The notes beneath the pieces are model-generated. The model had not been told where the DNA came from and did no database searches. It saw only the letters and a program-made list of their open reading frames with translations. 64,000 nucleotides of DNA from positions 128,001 through 192,000 of the forward strand of contig CAVZYA010000001.1 of NCBI GenBank assembly GCA_963779415.1, written 5' to 3'. This document shows positions 61,058 through 64,000 of this stretch, piece by piece. The stretch is from an uncultured Acidobacteriota bacterium (GTDB taxonomy: Bacteria > Acidobacteriota > Thermoanaerobaculia > UBA5066). A program made the translations under genes and the position numbers. Positions within the stretch are counted from its first letter, which is position 1, and every line of letters begins with the position of its first letter.

Positions 61058-62332
61058 TCACGGGCTCTTTTTCTCCTCCTCGGACGGGGGAGAGACGCGT
61101 GTGATCCGGATCCGCTCGATGGCGCGGGGCGTGGCGCGCTCGACGAGGAAATCGAGGTCCCGCTCCCGCCAGTGGACCCCCGGCCTCGGGATCCGGCCCA
61201 GCCGCTCGAGAAGGAGGCCGGCGGCGGACTCGGCGTCGGTCCCTTCGAACGAGACGCCGAAATCCTGCTCGACCGAGGAGAGCGGATAGGCCCCCTCCAC
61301 GACGAGCGAGGAGCCGTCGCTCACCGGAACCGAGACGGGCTCGTCGTACTCGTCCCGGATGTCGCCGACGATCTCCTCGAGCAGGTCCTCCAGCGTGACG
61401 ATTCCCGCGACGGATCCGGCCTCGTCGACGACGACGGCGAGGTGGACGCGCTTCTTGCGCATCTCGCGAAAGAGATCCTCCGACCGCTTCATCTCCGGGA
61501 CGATCATCGCGGGCCGGATTCGCTTCGCGAGGTCGAAGGCCTTCTCCTCCTCGTCCGTGACGTCGAAGAGGTCCTTGGTGTGGAGGACGCCGACGATGTC
61601 GTCGGGGTTCTCGCGCCAGACGGGATAGCGGCTGTACCGGTTCTCCCTGCAGATCGCCTCGAGCTCGGAGAAGTTGACGGCGACCGGGATCGACACGACG
61701 CGGGAGCGCGGGATCATGACGTCTCGGGCGGGCCGATCGCCGAACGTCAGGACGGCCTGGAGGATGGCGGTCTCTTCCGGCGCGAGGGCTCCCTGCTGGC
61801 TGGAGAGCGTGATGACGCTCCGGAGGTCGGCTTTCGTCAGGTCCGGGACGCTCCGGCGCCCGGCACCGAAGGTGTCGAGGAAGGCGTTGGCCATCCGGGA
61901 GAGGACGTCCGTGACCGGCGCGAGGAGGCGGACGACGAGCTCCACGGGGGCGGCGACGGCGAGAGCGACGGCGGCCGGGTAACGCGACGCGAGCGTCTTG
62001 GGCGTGACCTCCGAGACGACGAGAAGGAGGACCGTCGTGACGATCGTGGCGACGAGGACGCCCCGCTCCTCGCCGAGATGGGAGATCGCGAGGGCGGCGC
62101 CGAACGTCCCGGCCGCGGTGTTCGCGACGTTGTTGCCGACGAGAAGCGAGCCGAGGGTGCTCGTGAGATCGGCGCGAAGGCGCTCGACCCGGAGGGCGGC
62201 CGTCCGCCCCTCCTCCTTCATCCGGAGGACGCGCGCGTCCGGGAGCGACATGAGCGCCGTCTCGGCGGCGGAGAAGAAGCTCGAGAAGATGGCGCAGGTC
62301 GCGAACGCGACGAGAAGGAATCCGTCGCTCAT
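61058..62332 (-). CDS. CNNM/CBS/CorC_HlyC-family protein (hemolysin/TlyC-like)
   Basis: Motifs FFSAAETA, GNNVAN, EVTPK, VMIPR, YSRYPV, VTLEDLLEEIVGDIRDEYD. Confidence 0.92.
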   Translation of the reverse strand: MSDGFLLVAFATCAIFSSFFSAAETALMSLPDARVLRMKEEGRTAALRVERLRADLTSTLGSLLVGNNVANTAAGTFGAALAISHLGEERGVLVATIVTTVLLLVVSEVTPKTLASRYPAAVALAVAAPVELVVRLLAPVTDVLSRMANAFLDTFGAGRRSVPDLTKADLRSVITLSSQQGALAPEETAILQAVLTFGDRPARDVMIPRSRVVSIPVAVNFSELEAICRENRYSRYPVWRENPDDIVGVLHTKDLFDVTDEEEKAFDLAKRIRPAMIVPEMKRSEDLFREMRKKRVHLAVVVDEAGSVAGIVTLEDLLEEIVGDIRDEYDEPVSVPVSDGSSLVVEGAYPLSSVEQDFGVSFEGTDAESAAGLLLERLGRIPRPGVHWRERDLDFLVERATPRAIERIRITRVSPPSEEEKKSP

Positions 62333-63105
62333 CGCGCCACCGCCCAGCCCGTTCCCGAAGGCTCGATCGGGATTTCGCGAAGCGATTCCCCTTCGCAGGG
62401 GCCGGAGACGCAGCGTCCCGACGGAAGCTCGAAGAGGGCGCCGTGGTTCTGGCAGACGAGGTGCCGGCCGTCCGCCGAGACGATGTCGTCGTGGATCCGG
62501 TCGAGCGGGATCGGAACGTGCGGACAGAGATTCTCGAAGGCGCGGGGGCCCGCGGGGGTCCCGACGAGGATTCCGTCGAGGGGTCGGGGGCCGTCGAGAC
62601 CCTCCTTTCGGAAAGGGATCGCGCGGCCGGGCGCGAGGCCGGCGGATCCGGCGATGAAGGGGACCCGCTGGCGTGCCGCCTCGAGGAGAGCCGGCGCCTC
62701 GGGGCTCTCCGTGTCGCGGAAACCGCCCCCGCCTTCGAGGAGCCGGGCGAGGGCCACGGCGTCGGCCGGGGGGATCGCGAGAATCCGTGCCTCCGGGGCG
62801 TCGCACCAGCGGACCGCGGTGCACCCTTTCGGCCGGGGGTCGCCGAGGAGAGCCCGAACGCGAAAGAAGAGGAGGGTCACGTCGCCGTCTCGCTCAAAGC
62901 CGTCCGGCGCAAGGCCCGCGGGCCTCGCGTCCAGCTCCTCGTCCCACTCGCGCTCGAGAGCTTCCTCCGGCGACTCGCCCGCGTCGACCTTTCCGCCGGG
63001 GAACTCCCAGAGCCCCGGATAGCGCCCTCCGGGAGGGCGCCGCGCGAGGAGGAGCCGCCCGTTTCTCACGAAGATCCCGGCCACGACGAGAATCGTTCCG
63101 CTCAC
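62329..63105 (-). CDS. MutT-like NUDIX hydrolase fused to a Rieske 2Fe-2S domain
   Basis: WEFPGGKVDAGESPEEALEREWDEEL, then NLCPH...LVCQNHGALF...CVSGPC; GTG start overlaps the queG stop. Confidence 0.82.
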   Translation of the reverse strand: MSGTILVVAGIFVRNGRLLLARRPPGGRYPGLWEFPGGKVDAGESPEEALEREWDEELDARPAGLAPDGFERDGDVTLLFFRVRALLGDPRPKGCTAVRWCDAPEARILAIPPADAVALARLLEGGGGFRDTESPEAPALLEAARQRVPFIAGSAGLAPGRAIPFRKEGLDGPRPLDGILVGTPAGPRAFENLCPHVPIPLDRIHDDIVSADGRHLVCQNHGALFELPSGRCVSGPCEGESLREIPIEPSGTGWAVAR

Positions 63106-64000
63106 GGTCGCGGCTCCGCGGCGAGAGCGATCCGGGCGTTCCGGGAGAGCCCTTCCGGCGTCGCGCGCCAGACGGCGGTCCCGAAGAAGCGGTGCCGGAA
63201 GCCCGACTCGGAGATCCCGACGACCGAGGCGGCGGAGAGCGAGGCGGACGGGCCGCGCGCGGGGCCGCATGGATCGAGGGGCGCGTTCCACGGACAGACG
63301 TCCTGGCAGACGTCGCAACCGAATAGGCGTCCGCCGAGGGAAGCCTCCTCTTCCGGGGAGAGCGGTCCGCGTTTCTCGATCGTCAGGTACGAGACGCACC
63401 TTCGGGCGTCGAGGAGGCGAGGGGCGACGAACGCGTCCGTCGGACACTCGTCGAGGCACGCCGTGCATCGCCCGCAGACGTCGGTCCCGACTCCGGGGAG
63501 CGCTGCCGAGGGAGCTAGCGCGACGTCCGTCACGATTTCCCCGAGGACGACGTTCGAGCCGACACCGGGGACGATCAGCATCCCGTTCTTCCCGATCGAG
63601 CCGAGGCCGGCGCGAACCGCGGCGTCTCGTTCGAGGAGCGGAGCCGTGTCGACGCAGACGCGGAAATGGGAGTCCGGGGGAGAGAGGGGCCGGATACGGT
63701 CGACGACCCGTTTCAGGTGACTCCGAACGACCCGGTGGTAGTCCTCGCCGCGGGCGTACTTGGCGACGTTCCCGTCTCCCCGCCCCGGCACCTCCCGCGC
63801 CACGGCGAGGACGGCGCGTGCCCAGGGGAGGATGGCGTCATACCGCCGCCGGGCGTCGAAATCCCGCTTCATGAAGCGCATCTCCCCGTGATGCCCGTCC
63901 CGGATCCAGCCCGAGAAGACGTCGAAGGAAGCCGGGCCTTCCGCCGCGAGGACAGCGGCGGCGACGAAGCCCTCCTCGAGGGCCGCGGCGACCGCGGCCT
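63102..64000 (-). CDS. queG: Epoxyqueuosine reductase QueG; 5' end lies outside the window
   Basis: Motifs YARGEDYH, VDTAPLLER, GKNG, CGRCTACLDECPT, CVSYLTIE, GCDVCQDVCPWN. Confidence 0.95.
   Translation of the reverse strand, partial: AAVAAALEEGFVAAAVLAAEGPASFDVFSGWIRDGHHGEMRFMKRDFDARRRYDAILPWARAVLAVAREVPGRGDGNVAKYARGEDYHRVVRSHLKRVVDRIRPLSPPDSHFRVCVDTAPLLERDAAVRAGLGSIGKNGMLIVPGVGSNVVLGEIVTDVALAPSAALPGVGTDVCGRCTACLDECPTDAFVAPRLLDARRCVSYLTIEKRGPLSPEEEASLGGRLFGCDVCQDVCPWNAPLDPCGPARGPSASLSAASVVGISESGFRHRFFGTAVWRATPEGLSRNARIALAAEPRP

Overview
GC-rich (about 70%) bacterial chromosomal window that is almost entirely core genome. The VWA-domain protein, the TPR-TonB-ExbB-ExbD-ExbD operon and ftsY-ribD-ribE point to Acidobacteriota, possibly Thermoanaerobaculia; this is inference. 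It holds about 58 CDS and one tRNA-Leu(CAA), with no IS element, prophage, CRISPR array or rRNA. Main blocks: HD-GYP/TPR/roadblock-ftsY-ribD-ribE-hemW; an APC permease; a TonB/ExbBD operon; nnr-tsaE; a split MgtE-N/CBS + Nramp-like pair; class 3 asparaginase; carD; rarA; guaB; secA; an M23 peptidase; comM; an MltD-like transglycosylase; an MglA-like GTPase; hrcA-grpE-dnaK-dnaJ-prmA-rsmE; ilvE; a Tat-exported PaoABC-type molybdoenzyme cluster; pilT-recX-alaS; sppA; a phosphomannomutase; pgsA; trmB; a CorC/TlyC protein; a MutT-Rieske fusion; and queG. Three single-base frameshifts (permease, secA, rsmE) look like consensus errors. The most unusual signal is a dispersed AT-rich motif with a palindromic core TTCTNAGAA, extended form GATTTTCTTAGAAGGTAATAGAA. 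It recurs inside variable segments of unrelated housekeeping genes, in different frames and on both strands, and once as an inverted pair. It behaves like a DNA-uptake sequence or a chromosome-organising protein site. Other notable points are many apparently leaderless genes, a likely AUU start for mocA, a shortened RecX and a NUDIX-Rieske fusion.
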